DNA from: Alphaproteobacteria bacterium
GTDB lineage: Bacteria; Pseudomonadota; Alphaproteobacteria; UBA2966; CAIVPW01
Assembly: GCA_016869235.1 (NCBI GenBank)
Contig: VGER01000003.1
Coordinates: 2,469 to 66,468, forward strand
Reading direction: 5' to 3'
Length of the DNA stretch: 64,000 bases
The notes under the pieces are model-generated. The model saw nothing but the letters and a program-made list of their open reading frames with translations. It made no database searches and was not told the DNA's origin. Of this stretch, positions 39,048 through 48,952 are shown piece by piece (position 1 is the first letter of the stretch; each line of letters starts with the position of its first letter). The translations under genes and the position numbers were made by a program.

Positions 39048-39435
39048 ATGATTCCCGCCGAGGAAACGTGCGGGCCGCACCTGGTGCGGCCCCCAGGGGG
39101 TGCCTTGGAGCGCCAAGTGTTCGGGCCGGGCGACGTCATCTTCCGTATCGGCGAGCCCCCGCGTCGCCTACCTGATCCAGGCCGGCGCCGTGAATATCAC
39201 GGTGCCCCTGGAGGACAAGGACAAGGTCGTCGGCACCTTGGGCCCCTGCGACCTGTTCGGTGAGATGGCGCTGGTCGACTCGCAGCCGCGCTCGGCCACC
39301 GCGGTGGCCAGTGGCCACACGACGTGCATCGTCATTACGCCAACCGACTTCATACGGCGGCTGGAGAAATCCGACCCGTTCGTGCGCGCGATGGTGCGCC
39401 TGCTGACCAAGCGCCTGCGCAAGATGAACGCCTAG
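39048..39435 (+). pseudogene. Cyclic-nucleotide-binding domain protein with a frameshift at a C5 run near 39160
   Basis: ERQVFGPGDVIFRIGEPP in one frame and VAYLIQAGAVNITVPLEDKDKVVGTLGPCDLFGEMALVDSQPRSATAVA...FIRRL in the next. Confidence 0.5.
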
Positions 39436-39446
39436 CCGCATTGGGA

Positions 39447-39470
39447 AGGCCGTCTATCGCGGCCTTTTGA
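39447..39470 (+). terminator. Rho-independent terminator after the cNMP-binding gene
   Basis: aaggccg-tctatcg-cggcctttt, a GC stem followed by a T-run. Confidence 0.5.
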
Positions 39471-39636
39471 GCCATTCTTGGGGGTTTTGCGACTAATTCG
39501 CAGTTGTTCCCCGTCGCCCGGTACCGTATCAAGGTTCCTACAGGCCGCCTCGGGGGCGCGGCCGACCTCTCCTGGTAGGTTCCTGCCACTGTAGCCCCCT
39601 GTGGTTTGCCGTGGGGCGATCTACCGAACCGCACGC

Positions 39637-40464
39637 ATGAGCATGATGGTCAAGTTCTGGGGCGTGCTCGGCAGCATCGCCTGCCCGTCCCAGCAGCATC
39701 TGAAGTATGGCGGCAACACCAGTTGCGTCGAGGTGATGATCGACGATCAGCCTGCCGCCATCCTGGACTGCGGCACCGGCGTCCACGGCCTCGGCGCGGA
39801 ATTCCTGCGCCGCGAGATCAAGCACGCGACCGTGCTGATGTCCCACACGCATTGGGACCACATCAATGGATTCCCGTTCTTCGCCCCCGTGTTCCGCAAG
39901 GACTGCAGCCTGGCGATCTACGCCGGCCACCTCCATGAACGCGGCGGAATTCAGCAGGTGCTCGCCGACCACCTGGAGCAACCGCTGTTTCCGGTGCCGC
40001 TGGAGCTGATGGGCGTGCGCAAGGACTTCAACGATTTCCAGCCGGGCACGAGCTTCGACATCGGCAACCAGATCAAGGTGCGCACCACGAAGCTCAACCA
40101 TCCCGGCGGCGCCACCGCCTACCGGCTGGAAAAGGACGGCGCCGCGGTGTGCTAAGTCACCGACACCGAGCACGTGCCCGGCAAGCCGGACCAGAACATC
40201 CTCGGCCTGATCGAGGGCGCCGATCTCGTCATCTACGACTGCACCTACACCGACGCCGAGTACCCGAAGTACGTCGGCTGGGGCCACTCGACGTGGCAGG
40301 AAGGCGTGCGCCTGTGCCAGGCGGCAAACGCCAAGCAACGGGCCATCTTCCACCACGACCCCGGCCACGACGACACGTTCATGATCCACCTTGAAGCCGA
40401 GGCGCGGCGGGTGTGGAACGGCACCATCGTCGCCCGCGAGCATATAATCATCGCCGTCGGCTGA
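39637..40464 (+). pseudogene. MBL-fold metallo-hydrolase interrupted by an in-frame TAA at 40153-40155
   Basis: ILDCGTG...SHTHWDHINGFPFF...RLEKDGAAVC*VTDTEHVPGK...LVIYDCTYTDAEY...GHST. Track ORFs 39601..40155 and 40174..40464 are the same frame. Confidence 0.55.
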
Positions 40465-40511
40465 TCGTCGCCTAAGTTCCAACGCTCGACGCCGGCACCG
40501 GACCGGCCTAG

Positions 40512-43500
40512 ATGAAGCGCCCGAAGGAGGGCGTCGCCGCCGTCATGCTTTCTTTGGCCTTTGGCCTCACGTTCGAGGATCTGTACGAGCGCGCCGGTGT
40601 CGAGCGCATCGACGCCGAGTTTGGGCGTTGGCTGGCGGCCGCCGAGGCGGCGCTCGCCGAGCGCCTGAAGGTTGCACGCGGCGCGCCGGGCGGCGTCGAC
40701 CGCAAGGCGCACGCTGACCTCATGCTGGCGATCGCGCCGCACCTTGACGATTTCATCGCCAAGCTGTTCGGCATCGAGGCGGAGGCGAAGGCGCTCGCGG
40801 CGCGGATCAACGCGCTGGCGCCCCTGTACGCCTGCAAGCGCCTGTTCGTGCAGCGCCGCGCGGTAAAGAAGTACGCCGAGCAGGCCGAGCGGCTCGACGG
40901 CGCCGCGCTGGCGCGCCAGATCGAGTCGATGCTGGAGCTGATGATCTACGGCCCCGGCAGCGAGCTCGACTTCGCCCGCGTTGTGAACACGATGCTTGAG
41001 AACGAAGCCGCCAATGCCGAAGGGCTGGAGCTGGCGGGTCAGTACGCGGCGTGGGCGACGCTCACCGAGGCGGGCAAGCGCCGCCACGCCGGCGGCGTGC
41101 TGTTTAAGGTGCCGGGCAAGGTCGAGCCGGAGCACCTGCTGCCGCTGGAGACCCACCACCTGCCGCGCACTGGCAAGGACGTGCAGGCGTGGGCGCTCGG
41201 CGAGCACCACCTGCGCCGGCGCGAGGGCTTCGCTCTCACCGATCCCGGCCACGACCTCGTGCACGCGCTCGATCACGCGCACTACTGCATCTTCTGCCAC
41301 AACCAGGGCAAGGACAGCTGCTCGCGCGGCCTGAAGGACAAGCCGGCGCCAGGCGCAGCTGCGCCCGCCTTCAAGAAGAGCCCGTTCGGCGTGACGCTCG
41401 CTGGCTGCCCGCTGGAGGAGCGCATCTCGGAGATGGACACGGCGAAGACCGAAGGACATTCGCTCGCCGCCCTGTCGATCGTCACCATCGACAATCCGAT
41501 GTGCGCCGGCACCGGTCATCGCATCTGCAACGACTGCATGAAGGCGTGCATCTACCAGAAGCAGGATCCGGTCGACATTCCGCAGGTCGAGACGAGGGTC
41601 TTGAAGGACGTGCTCGCGCTCCCGTACGGCTTCGAGATCTACTCGCTGCTGACGCGCTGGACGCCGTTCGACCTGCAGCGGCCGTTCCCCAAGGCGCCGA
41701 CCGGCAAGAAGGTTCTCGTGGCCGGAATGGGGCCGGCGGGCTTCACGCTCGCCCACCACCTGATGAACGATGGCCACACGGTGGTCGGCGTCGATGGCCT
41801 CAAGATCGAGCCGCTGCCGGCGGCGCTCCCCGGCGTTGATGCGCACGGCAAGCGCGTGCCGTTCCGTCCCATCCGCGACGTGCAGGAGTTGTACGAGCGG
41901 CTGGACACGCGCGTCATGGCGGGCTTTGGCGGCGTCGCCGAGTACGGCATCACCGTCCGCTGGGACAAGAATTTCCTCAAGGTCATCCGACTGTTGCTCG
42001 AGCGCCGGGCAGAATTCGCCCTGTTCGGCGCGGTGCGCTTCGGCGGCACCGTGACCATGGACGAGGCGTTCGCCATGGGCTTCGACCACGTCGCGCTGGC
42101 GATGGGTGCGGGCCGCCCGACCGTGCTGCCGCTGCCCAACGGCTTAGCGCGCGGCGTGCGCGCGGCGTCGGACTTCCTCATGGCGCTCCAGCTCACCGGC
42201 GCGGCGCGCACCGATTCGATTGCCAACATGCAGCTGCGCCTGCCGGTGGTGGTGATCGGTGGCGGCCTCACCGCGGTCGACACGGCGACGGAGTCGCTCG
42301 CCTACTACCCGGTGCAGGTCGAGAAGTTCCTCAGCCGCTACGAGACGCTGGCAGCCGAGCGCGGTGAGAAGGCCGTGCGCGCCAAGTGGGATGCGGAGGA
42401 GGCGGAGATCGCCGCCGAGTTCCTTGCTCATGCGCGCGCCATCCGCGCCGAGCGCGCTGTCGCCGCGCGCGAGAAGCGGCCGGCGAAGGTGCGCGAATTG
42501 CTGCAGTCGTGGGGCGGCGTCACCATCGCGTATCGCAAGCGTCTCATCGACTCACCAAGCTACACGCTGAACCACGAAGAGGTCGGCAAGGCCCTGGAAG
42601 AGGGCATCTTCTTCGCCGAGGGCCTGTCGCCGGTGGCGGTCGAGGTCGACGAGCGCGGGCATGCCAAGGCCATTCAGCTGTCGCGCCAGACGCGCCAGCA
42701 GGACGGCGACAAGTGGATCACCTCCGAGACGGTGGAGCACCTACCGGCGCGCAGCATCCTGATCGCCGCCGGCACGCAGCCCAACACCGTTCTGGCGCGC
42801 GAGGACAAGACCCACGTCTCCATCGACGGCCGCTACTTCCGCGCCGTCGATGAGAGCGGCCGCCCCGTGAAGCCGGAGCACGTGCGCAAGCCCACCAAGC
42901 CGCACGTGCTGGCCAACATCCGCGGCGACGGCCGCGCCGTCAGCTTCTTCGGCGACTTGCACCCGTCGTTCGCCGGCAACGTGGTGGGCGCCATGGCGAG
43001 CGCCAAGCAAGGATTCCCGGTGGTGTCCGCCATGCTGGCGAAGCACGCGCCCGCAAACACCGAGTCCGGCGCCGCGTTCCTCGGCAGGCTGAATGACCTG
43101 TGGCGCGCCACGGTGCACGACGTCATCCGCCTGACCCCGACCATCATCGAGGTGGTGGTGCGCGCTCCCGCCGCGGCGCGCGCGTTCCACCCCGGCCAGT
43201 TCTATCGCCTGCAGAACTTCGAGACGCTCGCTCCCAGAGCCAACGGCACCACGCTGGCGATGGAGGGCCTTGCGCTCACCGGCGCTTGGTTCGATCGTCG
43301 CAAGGGGCTGATCGGCCTCATCGTGCTCGAGATGGGCGGCTCCTCCGACATCTGCGCCCTAATGAAGAAGGGCGAGCCCTGCGTGCTGATGGGCCCGACC
43401 GGCGAACCCACCACCATCGCCAAGGGCGAGACGGTGCTGCTCGCGGGCGGCGGGCTCGGCAACGCGGTGCTGTTCTCGATCGGCCGCGCCTATCGCGAGG

Positions 43501-44081
43501 CCGGATCGAAGGTCCTGTACTTCGCCGGTTACCGCAACGCCATCGACCGCTACCACGTCGCCGACATCGAGGCGGCATCCGACACCATCGTCTGGTGCGT
43601 GGACCAGGGAACCGCGTTCAAGCCTGGCCATCCCGGCGACTTCACCTTCGTCGGCAACATCGTGCAGGCGATGCTCGCCTACGCGGAGGGCAAGCTCGGG
43701 GCTCCGCCGATCAAGCTGTCCGAGGTGGACCGCATCATCACCATCGGCTCCGACCGCATGATGGCGGCGGTGGGCGCGGCGCGGCACGGAGTGCTGAAGC
43801 CGTTCCTCAAGCCCGAGCACGTCGCCATCGCCAGCATCAATTCGCCCATGCAGTGCATGATGAAGGAGATCTGCGCCCAGTGCTTGCAGCCCCACACCGA
43901 CCCCGAGACCGGGGAGTCCACGGCGGTCTTCTCGTGCTTCAACCAGGACCAGCTTCTCGACCATGTCGAGTTCCCGGCGCTGGCCCAGCGTTTGCGCCAG
44001 AACTCGGTGCAGGAGAAGCTCACCGCCCAGTGGATCGACCGTTGCCTGGTTGAGCTGCAAGTTCGCCCAAAGGTTGCGTAA
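40512..44081 (+). CDS. 1189-aa fusion flavoprotein: an unassigned N-terminal domain (about 260 aa), then a GltD/NfnB-like [4Fe-4S]/FAD/NAD(P) domain, then a PyrK/NfnA-like FAD-[2Fe-2S] reductase domain
   Basis: Cys clusters HYCIFCHNQGKDSC...GCPL...NPMCAGTGHRICNDCMKAC. Two Rossmann motifs, VLVAGMGPAGFTLA and VVVIGGGLTAVD. C-terminal RLTPTIIEVVVRAP...FHPGQFYRL...GGGLGNAVL...CAQCLQPHTDPETGESTAVFSC. Confidence 0.7.
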   Translation: MKRPKEGVAAVMLSLAFGLTFEDLYERAGVERIDAEFGRWLAAAEAALAERLKVARGAPGGVDRKAHADLMLAIAPHLDDFIAKLFGIEAEAKALAARINALAPLYACKRLFVQRRAVKKYAEQAERLDGAALARQIESMLELMIYGPGSELDFARVVNTMLENEAANAEGLELAGQYAAWATLTEAGKRRHAGGVLFKVPGKVEPEHLLPLETHHLPRTGKDVQAWALGEHHLRRREGFALTDPGHDLVHALDHAHYCIFCHNQGKDSCSRGLKDKPAPGAAAPAFKKSPFGVTLAGCPLEERISEMDTAKTEGHSLAALSIVTIDNPMCAGTGHRICNDCMKACIYQKQDPVDIPQVETRVLKDVLALPYGFEIYSLLTRWTPFDLQRPFPKAPTGKKVLVAGMGPAGFTLAHHLMNDGHTVVGVDGLKIEPLPAALPGVDAHGKRVPFRPIRDVQELYERLDTRVMAGFGGVAEYGITVRWDKNFLKVIRLLLERRAEFALFGAVRFGGTVTMDEAFAMGFDHVALAMGAGRPTVLPLPNGLARGVRAASDFLMALQLTGAARTDSIANMQLRLPVVVIGGGLTAVDTATESLAYYPVQVEKFLSRYETLAAERGEKAVRAKWDAEEAEIAAEFLAHARAIRAERAVAAREKRPAKVRELLQSWGGVTIAYRKRLIDSPSYTLNHEEVGKALEEGIFFAEGLSPVAVEVDERGHAKAIQLSRQTRQQDGDKWITSETVEHLPARSILIAAGTQPNTVLAREDKTHVSIDGRYFRAVDESGRPVKPEHVRKPTKPHVLANIRGDGRAVSFFGDLHPSFAGNVVGAMASAKQGFPVVSAMLAKHAPANTESGAAFLGRLNDLWRATVHDVIRLTPTIIEVVVRAPAAARAFHPGQFYRLQNFETLAPRANGTTLAMEGLALTGAWFDRRKGLIGLIVLEMGGSSDICALMKKGEPCVLMGPTGEPTTIAKGETVLLAGGGLGNAVLFSIGRAYREAGSKVLYFAGYRNAIDRYHVADIEAASDTIVWCVDQGTAFKPGHPGDFTFVGNIVQAMLAYAEGKLGAPPIKLSEVDRIITIGSDRMMAAVGAARHGVLKPFLKPEHVAIASINSPMQCMMKEICAQCLQPHTDPETGESTAVFSCFNQDQLLDHVEFPALAQRLRQNSVQEKLTAQWIDRCLVELQVRPKVA

Positions 44082-44222
44082 GGTTAACGGCAACTCCTAC
44101 GAAACAGGTTGAACTCTGGTCTTGGACACCAGGATTCCTGCCTGTTAGATTTGCAGTTTGGCGCGTTTTCGGCGGCGGACTGCTTCCCGCTTGGCCTGGG
44201 GATGCTTCGCACCGGCGACCCA

Positions 44223-44771
44223 ATGGCGACGTACAACTTTAGTATGTTCAATGTCCTCGTCGTCGAGAACAACCGGTACATGCGCAGCATGCTGCGCACT
44301 CTCCTGTACGCGCTCGGCGGCGGACACGTGCTGACCGCGGGCGACGGTGGCGAGGCGATCGAGCTGTTGCGCAAGATGAAGGACAGCCCGACCGAGGCGG
44401 GCGTCTCGTCCATCGACATCATCTTCTCCAACTGGCAGATGGAACCGGTGGACGGCACCATGCTGCTGAAGTGGGTGCGGCGCTCGAAGGAGTCGCCAGA
44501 TCGATTCGTGCCCTTCATCATGGTATCGGGTTACGCGGACCTCCAGCGCGTCAGCGTGTGCCGCGATCTCGGCGTCACCGAGTGCCTCGCCAAGCCGTAT
44601 TCCGTCGACAGCCTGCTCGGGCGCCTCACTGCGCTGGTCGAGCGCCCGCGCCAGTTCGTCCTCACGGAAGCGTATTTCGGGCCGGATCGCCGGCGCCGGC
44701 CGTCGCCGCAGGCGATGGAGCGGCGGGTCATGAAAGAGTCGGAGATCGAGATCATCTATGACGACCGCTGA
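44223..44771 (+). CDS. Single-domain CheY-like response regulator, atypical (EN for DD; Ser/Asn at the phospho-acceptor position)
   Basis: MFNVLVVENNRYMRSML...IDIIFSNWQMEPVDG...FIMVSGY...LAKPY. Confidence 0.55.
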   Translation: MATYNFSMFNVLVVENNRYMRSMLRTLLYALGGGHVLTAGDGGEAIELLRKMKDSPTEAGVSSIDIIFSNWQMEPVDGTMLLKWVRRSKESPDRFVPFIMVSGYADLQRVSVCRDLGVTECLAKPYSVDSLLGRLTALVERPRQFVLTEAYFGPDRRRRPSPQAMERRVMKESEIEIIYDDR

Positions 44772-44966
44772 GTCGCAATCCCCTTCTGGCGCGCCGTGAT
44801 CAAGGATCGCGTCTCCGGCGACGGCGGCAACGTTGGCCGTGAGCTGATCATGGTGCTGGAAGCGGCAATCAAGAAGTACACGGCGCCGTCCGTGCAGCGA
44901 CCGACCTCGACGAAAATCCCCCTCAACGCCACCTTTACGCGGCCCTCCGCGAAGAAGTAGCCGCGC

Positions 44967-45572
44967 ATGGCCAAGCGCATCGTCGTTGGCATCAGTGGGG
45001 CTTCGGGCATCGTCTACGGCATCCGCATGCTGGAGGCCCTGCGCGAGCTCGGCCATGAAACCCATCTGGTCATGACGCGTTCGGCGGAGCAGACGCTGGC
45101 GGTGGAAACCAAGCGCAAGCTCGCCGAGGTGCACGCGCTGGCGCACACGGTTCACCCCGTCACCGACGTTGGCGCGGCGCCGTCGTCGGGTTCGTTCGCC
45201 ACCGACGGCATGGTTGTGGCGCCGTGCTCCATCCGTAGCCTGTCGGAGATCGCCACCGGGGTCACCTCAAGCCTGCTCACGCGGGCGGCGGACGTGACGC
45301 TCAAGGAGCGCCGGCGCCTGGTGCTGCTGGTGCGCGAGACCCCACTGCACACGGGCCACCTGCGCACCATGGCGCAGGCGTCCGAGCTCGGCGCCGTGAT
45401 CTTTCCGCCGGTGCCGGCGTTCTATGGCTGGCCGCAAGGTGTCGAAGACATCGTCAATCACACGGTAGGACGGGCGCTCGACCTGTTCGGCATCGAGAAT
45501 TCGCTGGCGCCGCGCTGGGGCGCCGCACCCGCCGACGGCGGCAAAGCCGTCCGCGCCTTCCCGAGACGCTAG
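44967..45572 (+). CDS. ubiX: Flavin prenyltransferase UbiX
   Basis: MAKRIVVGISGASGIVYGIRMLEAL...; full-length UbiX/Pad1. Confidence 0.88.
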   Translation: MAKRIVVGISGASGIVYGIRMLEALRELGHETHLVMTRSAEQTLAVETKRKLAEVHALAHTVHPVTDVGAAPSSGSFATDGMVVAPCSIRSLSEIATGVTSSLLTRAADVTLKERRRLVLLVRETPLHTGHLRTMAQASELGAVIFPPVPAFYGWPQGVEDIVNHTVGRALDLFGIENSLAPRWGAAPADGGKAVRAFPRR

Positions 45573-45574
45573 TC

Positions 45575-46369
45575 ATGCCCCCACCGATCGCCCACCTGCC
45601 TGTGGCTCTCTCCACCGCCGCCACCCTTTGGTACGCGTCGGCCTTCGCCGCCGTCGCCCCCGATTCCTGGCGCGCAGGCTGGGAGGCCTACGAGGCTGGC
45701 GAGTACGCCCAGGCGGCACGGTCGTGGCTGCCGCTCGCCGAGTGGTGCGACGCGCAAGCGCAGCACGCGCTCGCCATTCTTCTGCTGTACGGACGCGGGC
45801 TGGCGGCAGACTCGGCGGCTGCCGCCGTGCTGCTCACTCCCGCCGCGGCCGACGGATACACCGAGGCCGCCTACGCCCTCGGCACGCTATACCAGGACGG
45901 CGACGGGGTCGAGCGCGACCTGGTGGAGGCGGCGCGGCTTTACACGATTGCCGCGATGGCCGGCCACGCGCCGGCCATGAACAACCTCGGCATCCTGCTG
46001 GTGCTCGGACTGGGCAGCGAGCCCAACGCGGCCAGCGCGCATACCTGGTTCGGCACCGCGGCGCGCCTCGGCGACGTCGAGGCACGGCGCAACCGCGACC
46101 GCACTGCCGCGCACATCACCGCCGCCGAGCTCGCCGCATCCGAGCGCGCCATCGAGGCGTGGAGGCCGACGCCACGCGCGGCGGGCGCGCTGGCTCTCAA
46201 TCCGGCAGATACCTATCCCGGTGTGCTGACCCTGCTCGGCTCGCTCAATCGCGAATTGGGCGGCGCCGAGCGACCGCTGGCACCGCCACCGGTCGAGGTG
46301 GTGGACATGATGCCTCCGCCTCCCGTTGCCGTGCCGACGCTGTCGCCGAACATCATCGTCATGCAGTAG
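45575..46369 (+). CDS. Sel1-repeat (TPR-like) secreted protein
   Basis: Signal peptide, then Sel1 repeats (AQHALAILLLYGRG...; EAAYALGTLYQDGDGVERDLVEAARLY...; AMNNLGILL...). Confidence 0.7.
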   Translation: MPPPIAHLPVALSTAATLWYASAFAAVAPDSWRAGWEAYEAGEYAQAARSWLPLAEWCDAQAQHALAILLLYGRGLAADSAAAAVLLTPAAADGYTEAAYALGTLYQDGDGVERDLVEAARLYTIAAMAGHAPAMNNLGILLVLGLGSEPNAASAHTWFGTAARLGDVEARRNRDRTAAHITAAELAASERAIEAWRPTPRAAGALALNPADTYPGVLTLLGSLNRELGGAERPLAPPPVEVVDMMPPPPVAVPTLSPNIIVMQ

Positions 46370-46513
46370 ATGCTGCCGCCGGAGATCGTCATCCTTCCCC
46401 AGTTGCTGCCGCCCGCGACCGAGACAACGCCGGTCGTGGCGCCGGCCGCGGCGCCGGGGCCACCGGTGGTCATCCTGCCGCGCACCCGCTAGAACGCGCG
46501 AGGCCGCGGGGGG

Positions 46514-47218
46514 TCAGACGGTCAGCGTGCGCTGCAGCACGTCGTCGGTGAGGCCTTCGCCGACGCCGCGCCAGGCGACGCGGCCCTTCTCCAGAATGAC
46601 GATGCGATCGGCGAGCCGCCGCATCGCCGCGACGTGCTTGTCGATGAGCAGGATCGCCTGGCCCTGGCGCTGCAAGGTCGCAAGGCAGTCCCAGATCTCC
46701 TGACGCAAGACGGGCGAGAGGCCTTCGGTCGCCTCATCGAGGATCAGCAGTGTCGGATTGGTCATCAACGCGCGGCCGATGGCGAGCATCTGCTGCTCGC
46801 CTCCCGACAGCGTGTTGCCCATCGCGCCCAGGCGATTGCCGAGTTGCGGCAACATCGTGATGACCCGATCCACGGTCCAGGCTCCTTCCATGCGCCCGCG
46901 CACCAGCGCGGTCGCGGTGAGGTTCTCGCGCACGGTGAGGTTGGAGAAGACTTGCCGGCCCTCCGGCACCAGGCCGATGCCGGCGCGGGCGATGCGGTGG
47001 GTGGCCTGGCCGCGGAGCTCGCGGCCTTCGAACAGGAGGCGCCCGCGCACCCAAGGCGCTAGGCCGAGAATGGAACGCACCAGCGTCGTCTTACCCATGC
47101 CATTACGGCCCATCAGCGCGACCACCTCGCCTGCGCTGACGTCGAAGCTCACGCCGTTGAGCACGCGGGCCGCGCCGTAGCCGGCCTCGACGCCCTCGAG
47201 GCGCAGGAGCGGACGCAT
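46514..47218 (-). CDS. livF: Branched-chain amino-acid ABC transporter ATP-binding protein
   Basis: Walker A GRNGMGKTT, signature LSGGEQQML, Walker B LLILDE. Confidence 0.85.
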   Translation of the reverse strand: MRPLLRLEGVEAGYGAARVLNGVSFDVSAGEVVALMGRNGMGKTTLVRSILGLAPWVRGRLLFEGRELRGQATHRIARAGIGLVPEGRQVFSNLTVRENLTATALVRGRMEGAWTVDRVITMLPQLGNRLGAMGNTLSGGEQQMLAIGRALMTNPTLLILDEATEGLSPVLRQEIWDCLATLQRQGQAILLIDKHVAAMRRLADRIVILEKGRVAWRGVGEGLTDDVLQRTLTV

Positions 47219-47985
47219 CAGGCGTCCTCGCCGAGGTAGGCGGCCTTCACCAGCCGATCATCGCGGATGGAATCGGGAGCGCCCGAGGCGATGGCGGCGC
47301 CGTCGACCAGGACGGTGACACGGTCGGCGAGGGCAAATACCGCCTCCATGTCGTGCTCCACCAGGACGATGGCGACAGGACCGCGGATGTCGGCGATCAG
47401 CTCGACCATGCGCCGGCCCTCGTCCACGCCAAGCCCCGCGAGCGGCTCGTCGAGCAGCAGCACCTTGGGCGAGGTGGACAGCGCGATGGCGATCTCGAGC
47501 TGGCGATGCTCGCCGTGGCTCAGCACCGCGGCATCCACCCCGCTGCGGCCGGACAGGCCGACGCGGCGCAGGATGGCGGCGGCCGCCTCGCCGAGTTCGC
47601 CGCCGGTGGAGGCGGACCGCCACAGGCGGCTGGAAATGCGGCGCCGGGCGCGCAGGCCGAAGGCGACGTTCTCCAGGACGGTGAAGCCGGGAAACACGCT
47701 CGTCACCTGATACGAACGCGCGAGGCCGCGCATGACGCGCTCCGGCACGGACATCGCAGTGACGTCGATGCCGCCGAGCCGAACGCTGCCGGCGTCCGGC
47801 AGGATCTCGCCCATCAGCTGGCCAAGGAGGGTCGTCTTGCCGCCGCCATTCGGGCCAATGACGGCGTGCACCTCGCGCGGGCGCAGGTCGAAGTCGATGC
47901 TGGCGTTGGCGACGACGCCGCCGAAGCTCTTTTTGAGGCCGCGCGCGGTGAGCAGCGGTTCGGCGAGGGCGGCGGCCTTATCCAT
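47218..47985 (-). CDS. livG: Branched-chain amino-acid ABC transporter ATP-binding protein
   Basis: GPNGGGKTT, LSHGEHRQLEIA, LLLLDEP. Confidence 0.85.
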   Translation of the reverse strand: MDKAAALAEPLLTARGLKKSFGGVVANASIDFDLRPREVHAVIGPNGGGKTTLLGQLMGEILPDAGSVRLGGIDVTAMSVPERVMRGLARSYQVTSVFPGFTVLENVAFGLRARRRISSRLWRSASTGGELGEAAAAILRRVGLSGRSGVDAAVLSHGEHRQLEIAIALSTSPKVLLLDEPLAGLGVDEGRRMVELIADIRGPVAIVLVEHDMEAVFALADRVTVLVDGAAIASGAPDSIRDDRLVKAAYLGEDA

Positions 47986-48937
47986 GCTGCGGCCTTCCCA
48001 ACAATCCGGCGATGCCGCCGGGCGCGGCGAGGACGACGAGCAACAGCAGGGGTCCGAACACGATGTGCCAGTCGAGCCGCCACGGTTGCAGCGCTCCAGT
48101 GAGAACTTCCTCCAGCAGCACGAAGGCGGCGGCGCCGAACAGCGGTCCGAACAACGTGCCGGCGCCGCCGAGCAGCACCATGACGGCGAGCTGCACCGAC
48201 CACGTCCACGCCAGCGGCGCGGGGCTCAAGAAGGCCGTGTAGTTCGCCCACAGGACGCCGGCGACGCCGCAGATCGCGCCGCTCAGCGCAAACGCGCCGA
48301 CGCGATAGCTCGGCACGGCGACCCCGACAGCCAGCATGCGCCGCTCGTTGGCGGCCGCGCCCCGCAGCACAAAGCCGAAGGGCGAGCGCGTGACGCGGTA
48401 CATCAGCAGCAATACCACCGCCAGCACGGCGAGCGTGAAGACGTAGGAGCCGAAGCCGCGCGCCAGGGTGAAATCCCCGAACGCGGACGCGCGCACGATG
48501 ATCATGCCGTCGTCGCCGCCGTAGCGCTCGAGAGCGACGGCGCCGAAGTACAGCATTTGGCCGAAGGCGAGGGTGATCATCAGGAAGGCGACGCCGCGCG
48601 TGCGCAACGAAATCGCGCCGATCAGCGCCGCAGCCAGGCCGGCGACAAGCGCCGCGAGCGGGAACTGCAGCCAGGCGCTGGCGAGCGCGCCGTCCGCCGC
48701 CTCGGCGGCGAGGATGCCGACGGTGTAGCTGCCGATGCCGACGAAAGCGCCGTGTCCGAAGGCCGGCAGCCCGGCGTAGCCGAGCACCAGGTTCAGCCCG
48801 GCGGCGGCGATCGCGAGGATGGCGAGCTTCTGGAACAGCGACAGAAGGTACGGCATGCCGAGCAGCAGGGCGGCCGGCGCGGCCGCCACCATCAGGACGA
48901 ACAGCGCCGCCGCCAGCAGGAGTACGCCGCGATTCAT
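47978..48937 (-). CDS. livM: Branched-chain amino-acid ABC transporter permease
   Basis: 319-aa polytopic permease with the LivM-type pattern. Overlaps its neighbours by a few bp. Confidence 0.8.
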   Translation of the reverse strand: MNRGVLLLAAALFVLMVAAAPAALLLGMPYLLSLFQKLAILAIAAAGLNLVLGYAGLPAFGHGAFVGIGSYTVGILAAEAADGALASAWLQFPLAALVAGLAAALIGAISLRTRGVAFLMITLAFGQMLYFGAVALERYGGDDGMIIVRASAFGDFTLARGFGSYVFTLAVLAVVLLLMYRVTRSPFGFVLRGAAANERRMLAVGVAVPSYRVGAFALSGAICGVAGVLWANYTAFLSPAPLAWTWSVQLAVMVLLGGAGTLFGPLFGAAAFVLLEEVLTGALQPWRLDWHIVFGPLLLLVVLAAPGGIAGLLGRPQHG

Positions 48938-48952
48938 GGATGCAGGACGCCG

